Notes: generated by a model not told the origin, from the sequence alone. Numbered from the stretch's first letter, positions 1-9,343 are shown. The stretch is DNA of 64,000 nt from Oligoflexales bacterium (GCA_965215515.1 OZ244057.1:896001-960000), one strand, 5' to 3'. Program-made: numbers and translations.

Positions 1-93
1 TCCCCCCTACAGCAAAAACCTCCGTCTCCTCAAACTCCTACTACGCCTTGGCCGTCCTTCTCTGTAGGGAGGAGGTGTGTTTTTGCTCTATTT

Positions 94-960
94 TTGTGGC
101 TGGACATGTCGACCTTTATCAAAATCTCGGCAGATTTTAGGATGACCGTGCACCGTCGATCACTGGGGCCTGAATTGCGTCACCTGCTCGCGGACGCAGA
201 TGGTACGCTTGCTGGGTTATGTCAACATGAGTTGGAAGACACCCTCACCGCGTGCCTGCAACGGCGCAAACCGCGACATCTCATCGCCCTCGTTGCGGAG
301 TTGATCGACCTACGTCTACCTTTGTCAGCGCTGCAACTGCTGGGAACACAGGCACGAGAACAGGCGGACGACTTTACGTTATCTTTCTGGCAAGGAGCGG
401 CAAACATGGCTGAGGGTGACTGGTTAGCGGCAAAAAAAAACTTCTATGCTGCCCATTGCTTACGTCCTGACGAAATCGCCGTGCACGATAACCTTGCCGC
501 CATCCTGCGTGCGGAAGGCAATACACAGGCAGCTCAGCAGTGGCTGCGGGCGGGCTTGCAGATCGATAGCAATGCAGTGCAACTGTGGTCAGCAACACAC
601 CGCTTATGTTCAGCGAAAACATTGCTAGCATTGGCAGAAGAACTGCAGGCATGGCGTGGTGCTAGCCTCTACGCACAGCTGACAGGTGACCTTACTGCGG
701 CCTTAGCCATCTACCGACGGGTGTTTGCAGGTGGTGAACGCAGCGGCGAGTTCCTGATCGAGTTCAGCGGCGCACTCGGTCGACAAGGCTGCTATGCCGA
801 GCTAGGTGCGTTAGCCTGGCAAGTGCTGGGACAGGGATCATGGCCCTGGCAGGTATACGAACACTTCGCACAGGCTTTCACCCGACTCAACAATCAGCGA
901 CAAGCACAACGCTGTACTACGTTGGCGCAGAATGCCCGCGCCCATTCATACACACCCTAG
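94..960 (+). CDS. TPR-repeat protein
   Basis: Helical TPR-like segments (FWQGAANMAEGDWLAAKKNFYAAHCLRPD; HDNLAAILRAEGNTQAAQQWLRAGLQIDS). Start uncertain (ATG 106 or 142). Confidence 0.6.
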   Translation: MWLDMSTFIKISADFRMTVHRRSLGPELRHLLADADGTLAGLCQHELEDTLTACLQRRKPRHLIALVAELIDLRLPLSALQLLGTQAREQADDFTLSFWQGAANMAEGDWLAAKKNFYAAHCLRPDEIAVHDNLAAILRAEGNTQAAQQWLRAGLQIDSNAVQLWSATHRLCSAKTLLALAEELQAWRGASLYAQLTGDLTAALAIYRRVFAGGERSGEFLIEFSGALGRQGCYAELGALAWQVLGQGSWPWQVYEHFAQAFTRLNNQRQAQRCTTLAQNARAHSYTP

Positions 961-1077
961 CTGGTCTCCGCTTTGTTTCGCCTGTGTGCAGAACTGCCAG
1001 GAGAGGAGCGGGAGCTTGAAAGGGGGTGCACTTTCGTTATAAAATACGCCTTTGAGTGCGACTGGGGGCATCTACAC

Positions 1078-1767
1078 ATGCCTGTAACCGACAGCCCCGT
1101 GCTGAGGACGAATTTCCGCCGCGTGCAGGCTAAGATCTCCTCGTTGTGCTCCGCCGCCGAGCGCTCTCCACCCCGTCTGCTGGTGGCCAGCAAGGGTCGC
1201 CCCGCGGCGAGCATCGCGTCCTTGCACGCTCAGGGGCAACGGGAGTTCGGGGAGAATTTCACTCACGAGCTGGAACAAAAAGCGCAACAGTTACAACATA
1301 TCGCTATCACATGGGTCTACATCGGGGTGCTGCAATCGAACAAAATCATGCGTCTCGTGCGTCTCTGCGCTGAAATCCAGTCGCTCGCCTCGCACAAACA
1401 CGCCCGCTATACCGATCGTTACGCCGCACGGTATGGCAAGCGGCCGTACCCCGTCTATCTGGCCGTCAACATCGGCAACGAACCGCAGAAACAAGGGTTC
1501 ACCGCCGCGGCGGTCGCCGCTGCCGCACAGGAGATAGCCAAGACCTGCCCTAACCTGCAAATCGAAGGCATCATGGCCGTGCCTCCGAGCAGTTATAGCG
1601 ACAGTTCCTACCCCCAACCACCCCCCGCCTACCGCGAACTGCGTCGGCTTGCATCCTGCTGCGGGCGTGGTAAACTCTCGCTAGGCATGAGTGCCGATCT
1701 CGCCCTCGCCCTGCACGCAGGCACGGATTGCGTGCGTATCGGGCGGGACATTTTCGGGGATGGCTAA
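1078..1767 (+). CDS. yggS: PLP homeostasis protein, YggS/PROSC family
   Basis: Motifs LLVASK, FGEN, YIGVLQSNK, LSLGMSADL, VRIGRDIFG. ATG 1078 preferred over the track's start at 973. Confidence 0.9.
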   Translation: MPVTDSPVLRTNFRRVQAKISSLCSAAERSPPRLLVASKGRPAASIASLHAQGQREFGENFTHELEQKAQQLQHIAITWVYIGVLQSNKIMRLVRLCAEIQSLASHKHARYTDRYAARYGKRPYPVYLAVNIGNEPQKQGFTAAAVAAAAQEIAKTCPNLQIEGIMAVPPSSYSDSSYPQPPPAYRELRRLASCCGRGKLSLGMSADLALALHAGTDCVRIGRDIFGDG

Positions 1768-1799
1768 CAGCACCTAGACAGGAGAAGAGCGTGGGACAC

Positions 1800-2114
1800 A
1801 TGATCAACGGCTTGGCGTTCGTGCTCGACCTTATTTTCAACCTCGTACAACTGCTGGTGATTGCATCGATAATTATCAGCTGGGTCAATGCCGACCCCTA
1901 CAACCCTATCGTCCGCACTATCACCAGTGTTACCGAGCCGCTCTATCGCCCCCTGCGCCGTCTGACAAGCCGTATCCCTGGGCCGCTCGACTTCGCACCG
2001 CTGCTGCTGATTCTGATTGTTGTTTTTTTGCAGAAGAGTCTGATACCATACTTAGTAGAGCTAAGCAGGAGCTTGAACGACCACAGGGAAGTGATTGACC
2101 AGTTTCGGCGCTGA
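1800..2114 (+). CDS. yggT: YggT family membrane protein
   Basis: SWVNADPYNPIVR...TEPLYRPLRR...LDFAPL signature; downstream of yggS. Confidence 0.9.
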   Translation: MINGLAFVLDLIFNLVQLLVIASIIISWVNADPYNPIVRTITSVTEPLYRPLRRLTSRIPGPLDFAPLLLILIVVFLQKSLIPYLVELSRSLNDHREVIDQFRR

Positions 2115-2117
2115 GTA

Positions 2118-2786
2118 ATGAACCTCGCAATAAAACTACTGGTGCTTGTCGTGGCCGCGTGTTTGTTCTGGGTGACCGCGGTGCACTCGCACGAGGCTTA
2201 CAAACGTCCCGATCACGAGGTGCAAGAGCCACCGCTGATAAACCTCTCGGCACGCGTCATCTCCGTGTTGTTTTTGGGTTTCAAACAAATCTACGATGAT
2301 TTTCTCAGCATCTGGGCGGTGCACTATCTCGCCAGCCCCAACCCTTCCATCTACGATCTCGACGCACTGGAGCGGATGCTCCACAAGATCGCCCGATCCC
2401 GACAACGGCGGGAGACAACCTACATTTTTTCCTGTTTTGTGCTGTCGCAACTCGGTCGCCCGCAAGCCTGTCCTCCTATTCTCGAACTGGGCATGGAAGT
2501 GCTGCCGAACAGCTGGCGTATCCCACTGACACTGGGCTTTATCTATACCGAAGACCTTAACGACCCGCGCAAAGCCGCCATCTACTACAACGTTTGCTCG
2601 ACACGGGAGTATTCGCCCAGCTATATCAAGGGTGTGGCACGCAAACTAGCTCAGCGCGGTGGCACAACCCTGGAAGCATTGGACCACTCGGTAGCCGAAG
2701 TGCTCGGTATTTCGAAAGAATCGGAGCTATATAAGATTCTCAAAAGAAAATACAAAGATGACGAAGATGAGGCTGAAAGCAGATAG
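2118..2786 (+). CDS. Membrane-anchored TPR-like protein, PilG-like accessory of ABC exporter
   Basis: N-terminal TM; TPR-like segment (ILELGMEVLPNSWRIPLTLGFIY); overlaps the ABC ATPase gene. Confidence 0.55.
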   Translation: MNLAIKLLVLVVAACLFWVTAVHSHEAYKRPDHEVQEPPLINLSARVISVLFLGFKQIYDDFLSIWAVHYLASPNPSIYDLDALERMLHKIARSRQRRETTYIFSCFVLSQLGRPQACPPILELGMEVLPNSWRIPLTLGFIYTEDLNDPRKAAIYYNVCSTREYSPSYIKGVARKLAQRGGTTLEALDHSVAEVLGISKESELYKILKRKYKDDEDEAESR

Positions 2787-3762
2787 TGTTGAAAGGGGGG
2801 AAGGGTTGGATTCACAATTTTTAGCAGCTACCAACGTGACCAAGACTTATCGCGCGGGGGCGTTCAAAAGCAAAGTTGCCGTGCTCGACGGCCTGACGAT
2901 TGCCTTTCCATTGCACAAATGCACGGGCTTATTCGGTCACAACGGTGCGGGCAAGACAACTTTGATCCGCTTGATTTTCGGCATCAGCAATCCCACTAAA
3001 GGGCATATCACCCTCGATGGCACCGATATTGCGCAGATGGATCGCAGTCGTATCGGCTACATGCCCGAAGTCGACAAGACCGCCAACGTGCTCACGCCCT
3101 GGGAAATTCTTGTAAACCACTGTGCGATCTTTCGGGTCGACAACCCCAAAGAAAAAACAACCGCGGCACTGCGGCGGGTAGGCCTATTAGCGAGCAAAGA
3201 CAAAAAGTCACGAGAGTTGTCTAAAGGTATGGGGCGACGGCTAGCATTTGCCCAGGCTGTTATTCACGAGCCGCAGTTTTTAGTGCTGGACGAGCCGTTT
3301 GCAGGACTTGACCCGTTGGGACGAGCGGAGATGCACGGCTGGATCAACATGCAGAAAGACAAAGGCACAACCATCATCCTCTGCTCCCACGAGCTGAAGG
3401 AAGCGTATGCTCTCTGCGACGAGTTCAACATCATCAGAAAGGGACGGCTGGTCTACTCAACCCTCCACGCTGATCACGACTGCGCACAACTGCAGCACGC
3501 CTGCGTACTCAAAGTACGTGCGGTAACGGTCGCGGACCTAGAGCAGTTGTGTCAGAACAAGCGACTTCCCGCCTGGCAGGAGGTAACGCAAGAAGCAGAA
3601 CAGGTCAGCATGCATTTTACCGCCTACGAACAGATACCCTCCTGGTTGACCGCCTTAAGTGATGCTGGCCACCAGATCGCCGCGTTCAGCGATGGCGGCG
3701 AGCAAATCGGCACACGGAACGACTTGTTGAAACTTTTCGATCTGGGAGAGAAAGTGGCATGA
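2758..3762 (+). CDS. ABC transporter ATP-binding protein (PilH-like)
   Basis: Walker A GHNGAGKT, signature LSKGM, Walker B LVLDEP, H-loop SH. Confidence 0.9.
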   Translation: MTKMRLKADSVERGEGLDSQFLAATNVTKTYRAGAFKSKVAVLDGLTIAFPLHKCTGLFGHNGAGKTTLIRLIFGISNPTKGHITLDGTDIAQMDRSRIGYMPEVDKTANVLTPWEILVNHCAIFRVDNPKEKTTAALRRVGLLASKDKKSRELSKGMGRRLAFAQAVIHEPQFLVLDEPFAGLDPLGRAEMHGWINMQKDKGTTIILCSHELKEAYALCDEFNIIRKGRLVYSTLHADHDCAQLQHACVLKVRAVTVADLEQLCQNKRLPAWQEVTQEAEQVSMHFTAYEQIPSWLTALSDAGHQIAAFSDGGEQIGTRNDLLKLFDLGEKVA

Positions 3763-4541
3763 AGTCTATCAGTATTATCGCTAGAGAAACATTCGTGTTG
3801 TTGCGGCGGGACAAGATATTTCTGCCCATGGTAGTGGTGGGTCTATGCTTGGTGTTTTTCTCCAGCATGATGCAAAGCTCCAGTGCCGACGAATTGGTGA
3901 AAGTCATGTTCAATATGGGCGCAGCAGGGTTTTTTTTCACTGGTATTATCATCTGTCTGTTGTGGGGGATCAAATCCATCTGCGAATCCCGCCGTGACGG
4001 CTCGATTGAGTTACAGCTGGCTGCCCCCGTCACCCGCAGCCAATGGTTGATCGGCAAATACCTCGGCTTGTGTTGTTCGCTGTTGCTGGTCGGGATAATT
4101 TTATTAGCCGCATTTCAACTCATGCTTTACCTCGATTTCAAAGACATCATGACCTGGAGACAGGTGTTGGTGTTCGTCTACCTGTTTATCGGCTGGCTGG
4201 TCTTCGCAGCCATCTGCACCCTTTTTGCCACCTTTTGTAATACTCCCGCGGCAACTTTCACCAGCTTCTGCGTTTGGGTAACAGGAATGCTTAGCGGTGT
4301 TATCGTCGCCACCATTCCGCCGCACAGTGAAGATTCCGCACTCGAATCATCCGTCAAGGTAATCGCCGCGTTCTGGGATTTTCAACGTTTCAACCTCGTC
4401 GATCACGCGGTCGAATACTGGGGTATCGATACGTTCCCGCCACCTGCCGATCTACTGTGGTTCGCGGCTTACGGTGTTGCCGTAGTGGTCTTGCTGTTAT
4501 CGGCAGCAACGATGATTTTCAGTTATCGAGATTTGGTGTAG
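3759..4541 (+). CDS. ABC-2 type permease (PilI-like)
   Basis: About 6 TM segments; ESRRDGSIELQLAAPVTRSQWLIGKYLG motif; 4-nt overlap with the ATPase. Confidence 0.85.
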   Translation: MKSISIIARETFVLLRRDKIFLPMVVVGLCLVFFSSMMQSSSADELVKVMFNMGAAGFFFTGIIICLLWGIKSICESRRDGSIELQLAAPVTRSQWLIGKYLGLCCSLLLVGIILLAAFQLMLYLDFKDIMTWRQVLVFVYLFIGWLVFAAICTLFATFCNTPAATFTSFCVWVTGMLSGVIVATIPPHSEDSALESSVKVIAAFWDFQRFNLVDHAVEYWGIDTFPPPADLLWFAAYGVAVVVLLLSAATMIFSYRDLV

Positions 4542-4543
4542 CG

Positions 4544-4819
4544 GTGTGGCACAGTGCTGACGTAGAACAAGAAACACACGTCAAGCGCGAAAAGGCCAAA
4601 GCCAAACAGCTGCGCCGCACGCGTTGGTGGACGCAGAAACGCACCGCAGCCCGTTGTTATTACTGCCACACCGCCCTCTTACCCACACAGGTGACGATGG
4701 ATCATGTCGTCGCCCTCAGCCGCGGCGGGTGCTCCGTTAAAAACAACATCGTCACCGCCTGCCGCTCCTGCAACCAAAACAAAAAAGACCGCCACTTCGT
4801 CGATTATTTTTTATCCTAG
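4544..4819 (+). CDS. Small HNH endonuclease
   Basis: CYYC...MDHVVALSRGG...NIVTACRSCNQNK; GTG start just after the permease stop. Confidence 0.85.
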   Translation: MWHSADVEQETHVKREKAKAKQLRRTRWWTQKRTAARCYYCHTALLPTQVTMDHVVALSRGGCSVKNNIVTACRSCNQNKKDRHFVDYFLS

Positions 4820-4841
4820 TTTAAGCGAACACCCTTGCCTA

Positions 4842-4869
4842 TTGACAACGAAAGAAGAAGACTTACGTT
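4842..4869 (+). promoter_or_regulatory. Putative promoter of hsp20
   Basis: TTGACA-N15-TTACGTT upstream of the Hsp20 start; same layout upstream of dnaK. Confidence 0.45.
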
Positions 4870-4912
4870 GAGCTTGGAAACGGTTTTGTTAACTTTCTGG
4901 GGAGATAGGATA

Positions 4913-5317
4913 ATGTTAGTACCTAGTAGCTTTTTTGAAAAAAATCTTTTCGATCATTGGTTCGATCGTTGGCACGGCGACGAGGTGACGAGCTTCGTGC
5001 CCAAAGCTGGTATTGCCGAGCGGGAACGGGAGTTCGCCCTGAGCCTCGACTTGCCTGGCTTCAAGAAAAACGAGTTGGGTGTCGAGGTGAAAGACGATCA
5101 GCTGATCGTCAGGGGTGAGCGCCGCAAAAACGAAAACCACAAGGACGGCGGCTATCAGCGGGAAGAGCGTGTCTTCGGTGCTTTCGAGCGCAGATTCGTG
5201 TTACCGCAGAGTGTGGCACGCGACAAAATTGCGGTCAACTACAGCGACGGTGTCTTGCAGGTAACGCTGCCTAAGCAGGCGGAAGCGGCTGCACGTCGCC
5301 TTGAAATAAGTGGTTGA
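4913..5317 (+). CDS. Hsp20/alpha-crystallin small heat shock protein
   Basis: LDLPGFKK...ERVFGAFERRFVLP...YSDGVLQVTLPK; RBS GGAG before ATG 4913. Confidence 0.92.
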   Translation: MLVPSSFFEKNLFDHWFDRWHGDEVTSFVPKAGIAEREREFALSLDLPGFKKNELGVEVKDDQLIVRGERRKNENHKDGGYQREERVFGAFERRFVLPQSVARDKIAVNYSDGVLQVTLPKQAEAAARRLEISG

Positions 5318-6296
5318 GCGTGCCGTCTACCGCGATGCCGATGTCGATGCGGCTCGCTTGCAAGACAAGTGCGTGTCCATCGTCGGCTATGGCAATCAGG
5401 GGCGTGCCCAGGCGTTGAACTTGCGAGACAGCAGGGTACGGGTGACGGTCGGTTTGCGGCCTGGCAGTGCACAGCGATCTGCTGCCCAAGCCGACGGACT
5501 GGCCGTCACCGACATCGCGACCGCGGTGCACGCAGGCGATGTGGTGATGTTGCTTGTCCCCGACGAGGTGATGGGCGAGCTCTACGCACAGGAGATCCGT
5601 TCCCACCTCAAGCCCACGGCTACCCTGGGTTTCGCGCATGGTTTTGCGGTGCACTATCGTCTCCTCGTGCCGCAAGGTGCGGTGTTTATGGTCGCCCCCA
5701 AAGGCACGGGAGCGGCATTGCGTCAGTGTTATCGTGCTGGCACGGGCTTGCCCGCGTACGTCGCGGTGCGCGACGACGAAGATCACGACACGTTGGCATT
5801 GGCGTTGGCGTACGCGCAGGCGATCGGTTGCACGAAACGGGGAGTCTTCCGCACGACTTTCCAGGAAGAGACCGAGAGCGATTTGTTCAGCGAACAGGCA
5901 GTGCTCTGCGGCGCGCTGGGCTTGTTGCTGCGGCAAGCCTTTGAGGTATTGGTGGCAGCTGGCTACGATCCCCAGTTGGCCTACTTCGAGTGCGTCACCG
6001 AAGCTAAACTAGTATGTGACCTGCTAGTCGAGGAAGGTTTTGCCAACTTCGGGAAGAAAATCTCTAACACCGCCGAACTGGGTGGCTATTTGGCAGGGGA
6101 AAAAATTATCGACCGCCGACAGCTAAAAACAAACATGCAGCAAGTGCTGCACAACATCCAAAGCGGCAAGTTTGCGCGTGACTTCATCGCCGACTACAAA
6201 AATAACTTCCGCCAGCTCAACAAGTACCGCGCCACCCTACAAAACCACCCGATCGATAAGGCAGGAAATGCCGTGCGGCAGGTGACTCAGCTTTAG
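5310..6296 (+). CDS. ilvC: Ketol-acid reductoisomerase (class I)
   Basis: IVGYGNQGRAQALNLRDS, FAHGF, VAPKG, ETESDLFSEQAVLCG, AYFEC, ISNTAE. Confidence 0.93.
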   Translation: MVERAVYRDADVDAARLQDKCVSIVGYGNQGRAQALNLRDSRVRVTVGLRPGSAQRSAAQADGLAVTDIATAVHAGDVVMLLVPDEVMGELYAQEIRSHLKPTATLGFAHGFAVHYRLLVPQGAVFMVAPKGTGAALRQCYRAGTGLPAYVAVRDDEDHDTLALALAYAQAIGCTKRGVFRTTFQEETESDLFSEQAVLCGALGLLLRQAFEVLVAAGYDPQLAYFECVTEAKLVCDLLVEEGFANFGKKISNTAELGGYLAGEKIIDRRQLKTNMQQVLHNIQSGKFARDFIADYKNNFRQLNKYRATLQNHPIDKAGNAVRQVTQL

Positions 6297-6384
6297 CCAC
6301 GGATAAGTCTGCCGATGCTGGTAAACAACCAGCGGGCATGCAGCTGTGCGGCGGGTGCAGCCCCCCCTGGTGCAAGAAGAGCGA

Positions 6385-6861
6385 TCAAGCCGATGATCGT
6401 TCGTTATGGCGGTGGCGTTGCTCAAGATTCGTTGCCATCGTGTTGAGTTTGGTAGCCAGCCGCTGCAGCTCGTCCCTCTTGCGCAACGACACCCTACTGC
6501 TGTAGTCACCATCAGCCACCTGATCGACAAATTTCTCGATCGATACCAGCGGCCCGTAGTAGCGGTGGGTGAGTTTAAAGACCATCGCCATGGTCAGCAA
6601 CATAAACAACAGGAACAAAGCTGAAACTTTTATGATATTGGCAAAAAACACGTCGTTGGTGACCATCTCCCACTGCAGGTTGGGGTCGACAACCTCAAAA
6701 ATGCTCATGACATGCTGATACTGTTGCCAGAACGAGGACATGAACAGATAACCAGCACAGACGATGAAAACGAAGGTTGTAATGATAATATAGACCCCGA
6801 TCTTAAACTGCTTGAAAGGCTCTATGACCGTGTTTCTGAGCTTTCTATCCTTTCTCGCCAC
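6385..6861 (-). CDS. Two-TM HAMP-domain membrane protein
   Basis: Two TMs then THRYYGPLVSIEKFVDQVADGDYSSRVSLRKRDELQRLATKLN (HAMP); GTG 6861 with GAGG RBS. Confidence 0.75.
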   Translation of the reverse strand: MARKDRKLRNTVIEPFKQFKIGVYIIITTFVFIVCAGYLFMSSFWQQYQHVMSIFEVVDPNLQWEMVTNDVFFANIIKVSALFLLFMLLTMAMVFKLTHRYYGPLVSIEKFVDQVADGDYSSRVSLRKRDELQRLATKLNTMATNLEQRHRHNERSSA

Positions 6862-6990
6862 AGCTTGCCACCTCGCACATAATTTACCACTCCTCCACCT
6901 CCATTCTATCTGAGTTCGTCTTTTTCCGACAGCCAAAGATCCGAAAAACCATCCACAACTCGTGGGGAATGACAGAGATAGAATTACCTC

Positions 6991-7019
6991 TTGCCCCGCA
7001 TGGCAAGATCTGCCATAAT
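6991..7019 (+). promoter_or_regulatory. Putative sigma70 promoter of the small basic ORF
   Basis: TTGCCC-N17-CATAAT, with TGn extended -10. Confidence 0.45.
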
Positions 7020-7046
7020 GCCGCCTCCACGGTGTACAGGGGCACG

Positions 7047-7148
7047 ATGCACGGCTCGAGACATAAGCGTAAACACCCCAAAGGCCGCAGGAAGGTCGGG
7101 CGCAAAAAGAGACGCATGATGCGCAAGCGCCGTGAACTGCGTACCTGA
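7047..7148 (+). CDS. 33-aa Arg/Lys-rich small protein (not in ORF track)
   Basis: Read directly: MHGSRHKRKHPKGRRKVGRKKRRMMRKRRELRT*; AGGGG RBS and promoter-like motif upstream; fills an otherwise empty gap. Confidence 0.65.
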   Translation: MHGSRHKRKHPKGRRKVGRKKRRMMRKRRELRT

Positions 7149-7304
7149 TTAGTTTTCCCACAATATCGGTATGTTACCTGTTATTGGTGATTGCTCTTTG
7201 CGTTCCCGTGCTGCGAGCGGTAAGCTGGTAGTGTAGGCCAAATTGTTTCGTTACGGTCGCTGGTGCGGGTCTTTGCAACCTGATCTGTGGGGGAGGAGGT
7301 TACT

Positions 7305-7976
7305 ATGCTTGATTTTGTCCAAGCACTGACAGGCCTCGTTGCTGGGGGGGATAGCGGCGCACAGTGGGAAGTCAGTGAGATCGCACGGGTATGTGATTGT
7401 CCTTGTCATCAGGTGTTTGAGTACTTGAGCATCGCATTGGGTGATGACCTAGATGTGCGCGAGCCGCTTACACGCAACATGCTTCTACAGGCACTGGTTA
7501 TCTTGAAGGAAAAGACCCGTCCCCAATTCATGCTCCAACAAAAAAAACTGCTGGCACGACAAGAGAAAGCATGCAAGGGCTACCAGCGCATTATGAAGAA
7601 AGTGAGGACTGCACAGCAAAATGGCGAGTGGCGCAAAGCGTACCGCTCGCTCGGTTACTTCGCACGCGGCAATGCCGACAACTTACCCACCGATTTGCGG
7701 CTGACGATTTATAACGACTGCTTGCGGCTCGGCATCAAGGCACGCACTAACCTGCAAGACCTCGGCAGTTGGTTACGTGCCGTGGTAGAAGCGACGCTGC
7801 GGGATGCCAGTGAAGAGACACTGCATGATGCGTTTGATTTTATCGACACCTATCAAGGTGAATTTCTGTGCGACACTAGCGGCACAGGTGGCAAGCTTCT
7901 CCGCAATATCGTTACCCCTCTGCGAGAAAAAGCATCGAGCTGTGATCTCGCCCTCCCTCCGCTGCTCGCCAGCTAA
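7305..7976 (+). CDS. Hypothetical all-helical protein
   Basis: GGAGG RBS before ATG 7305; possible N-terminal HTH-like segment; no family recognised. Confidence 0.65.
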   Translation: MLDFVQALTGLVAGGDSGAQWEVSEIARVCDCPCHQVFEYLSIALGDDLDVREPLTRNMLLQALVILKEKTRPQFMLQQKKLLARQEKACKGYQRIMKKVRTAQQNGEWRKAYRSLGYFARGNADNLPTDLRLTIYNDCLRLGIKARTNLQDLGSWLRAVVEATLRDASEETLHDAFDFIDTYQGEFLCDTSGTGGKLLRNIVTPLREKASSCDLALPPLLAS

Positions 7977-8164
7977 CACACCTACAATACCAGCATCATC
8001 CCAGCCTCCCGAAGTCACGACGATGCGCACGCACCGTTGAAATAAAATTACCTGTATTACTAATAATTTGTTAAAAATATATTGATTTTTGAGATAAAAT
8101 CATTTATAACTCGATGGATGATTAGAAATGCTACCTAGTAGGGATCCTCAGTAAGGAGAATGTT

Positions 8165-9340
8165 ATGAAAATTTTGGCTTTGTTTACAGTCTTGCTGTCT
8201 GTGTCGGGTTGCCCCTCGCGCGACAGAGATGGGGAAGTGGACACTCGCATCACGCTCAAAAAGTTTAACGACGGCTTGGGAATGATGGAGATCGGCTACA
8301 ATTCCGATACCGAGGGGGCACGCTTCCAGTGTAAAGTCAAGCTGACTGGTGGCAACGACACGCGTAACGATCAAAGCTGGGGCGCGTGCGAGGGCAATCC
8401 GCTGCAGATTCCTATGGCGATAGGCGAGCGGCTGGAGTTGCAGGTGCGGGCGATTACAGCTGACAACCGTGTCGATGTTACACCATCGACGGTCACCTAC
8501 GTGCACGGGGCTAACCCAGGCGGTTCGCACACTCTGAACACGTTGCCAACACCACCCGTGTTACAAGTCGGTATTGCGCACGAGTTTCAAGTGCCGCAAG
8601 GGATGCACATCACACAGTACGCTACCAACAACAACTATCAAGGAGTTGGTATCGAGCTGGTGCGCCTGCAACAGGGACAGGATGCCAATTACCTCGGCAG
8701 CTACCCCTTGCAAGCACTAGGCGGTAACGGTTGCAGCACCTTTTCGCAGGCTATCGTGTCGCTGAGCAGCCCAGGGGCAAGGACTTACAGGTACTGTCAG
8801 TCTTTTCTCGACGCGGGAGATTACTTCAACATGTTCAGCGGCAACTACGCCCGTAACCACATCGAAGTGGCCTCCGACGGTTATGCCAGCGAAATGCAAC
8901 CTGGCAGCAGGCCACAGTCACGCTTGTTGGTGCAGACTTACGGCCCGCAAGAAGAAAATATGATCAGGAATAGGTTCAACGATCTGTGCCACCCTTCACG
9001 GGCAATCGGCCCCGAAAGCCGCTTTGCTTCCCTTCCTATGATAGAGGACTTTTGGTTGGCAAAGGGAGGGTTGACCGTGCGTGATACCCACGTCTGCACG
9101 GTGAAGCTCGGCGGTCTGCACGGAGGCTTGTTTAAAGTCGGTGGTTTTACCGCCCTGACCCCCGTCAACAACATCCATCACAGGGTCGGTTGTAGCGCAG
9201 GCAGCTGCGGCAGCTACGCCAAGTTCATCTCGGTGGTCTACATGGAACGTGTCGCGGGTGGCAATGGCATCGACCAAGAATTCGCACGCAACTTCCAGAA
9301 AACCCTGGTCTCCTCCCTGAGAAGGAACAGACCCCTATAG
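8165..9340 (+). CDS. Lipoprotein with Ig/FN3-like N-terminal module
   Basis: AAGGAG RBS; lipobox VSGC; FQC...WGAC...LQVRA...VDVTP pattern; Cys-containing C-terminal region; AT-rich upstream region. Confidence 0.7.
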   Translation: MKILALFTVLLSVSGCPSRDRDGEVDTRITLKKFNDGLGMMEIGYNSDTEGARFQCKVKLTGGNDTRNDQSWGACEGNPLQIPMAIGERLELQVRAITADNRVDVTPSTVTYVHGANPGGSHTLNTLPTPPVLQVGIAHEFQVPQGMHITQYATNNNYQGVGIELVRLQQGQDANYLGSYPLQALGGNGCSTFSQAIVSLSSPGARTYRYCQSFLDAGDYFNMFSGNYARNHIEVASDGYASEMQPGSRPQSRLLVQTYGPQEENMIRNRFNDLCHPSRAIGPESRFASLPMIEDFWLAKGGLTVRDTHVCTVKLGGLHGGLFKVGGFTALTPVNNIHHRVGCSAGSCGSYAKFISVVYMERVAGGNGIDQEFARNFQKTLVSSLRRNRPL

Positions 9341-9343
9341 ACA

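Noticed and set aside
432..440. A9 run as a phase-variable site
   Set aside because: The frame stays open and encodes KKN; no sign of disruption.
6862..7161. N-terminal extension of the HAMP ORF and the 80-aa ORF 6884-7126
   Set aside because: Non-protein-like composition; better explained by a GTG start at 6861 and the small basic ORF on the + strand.
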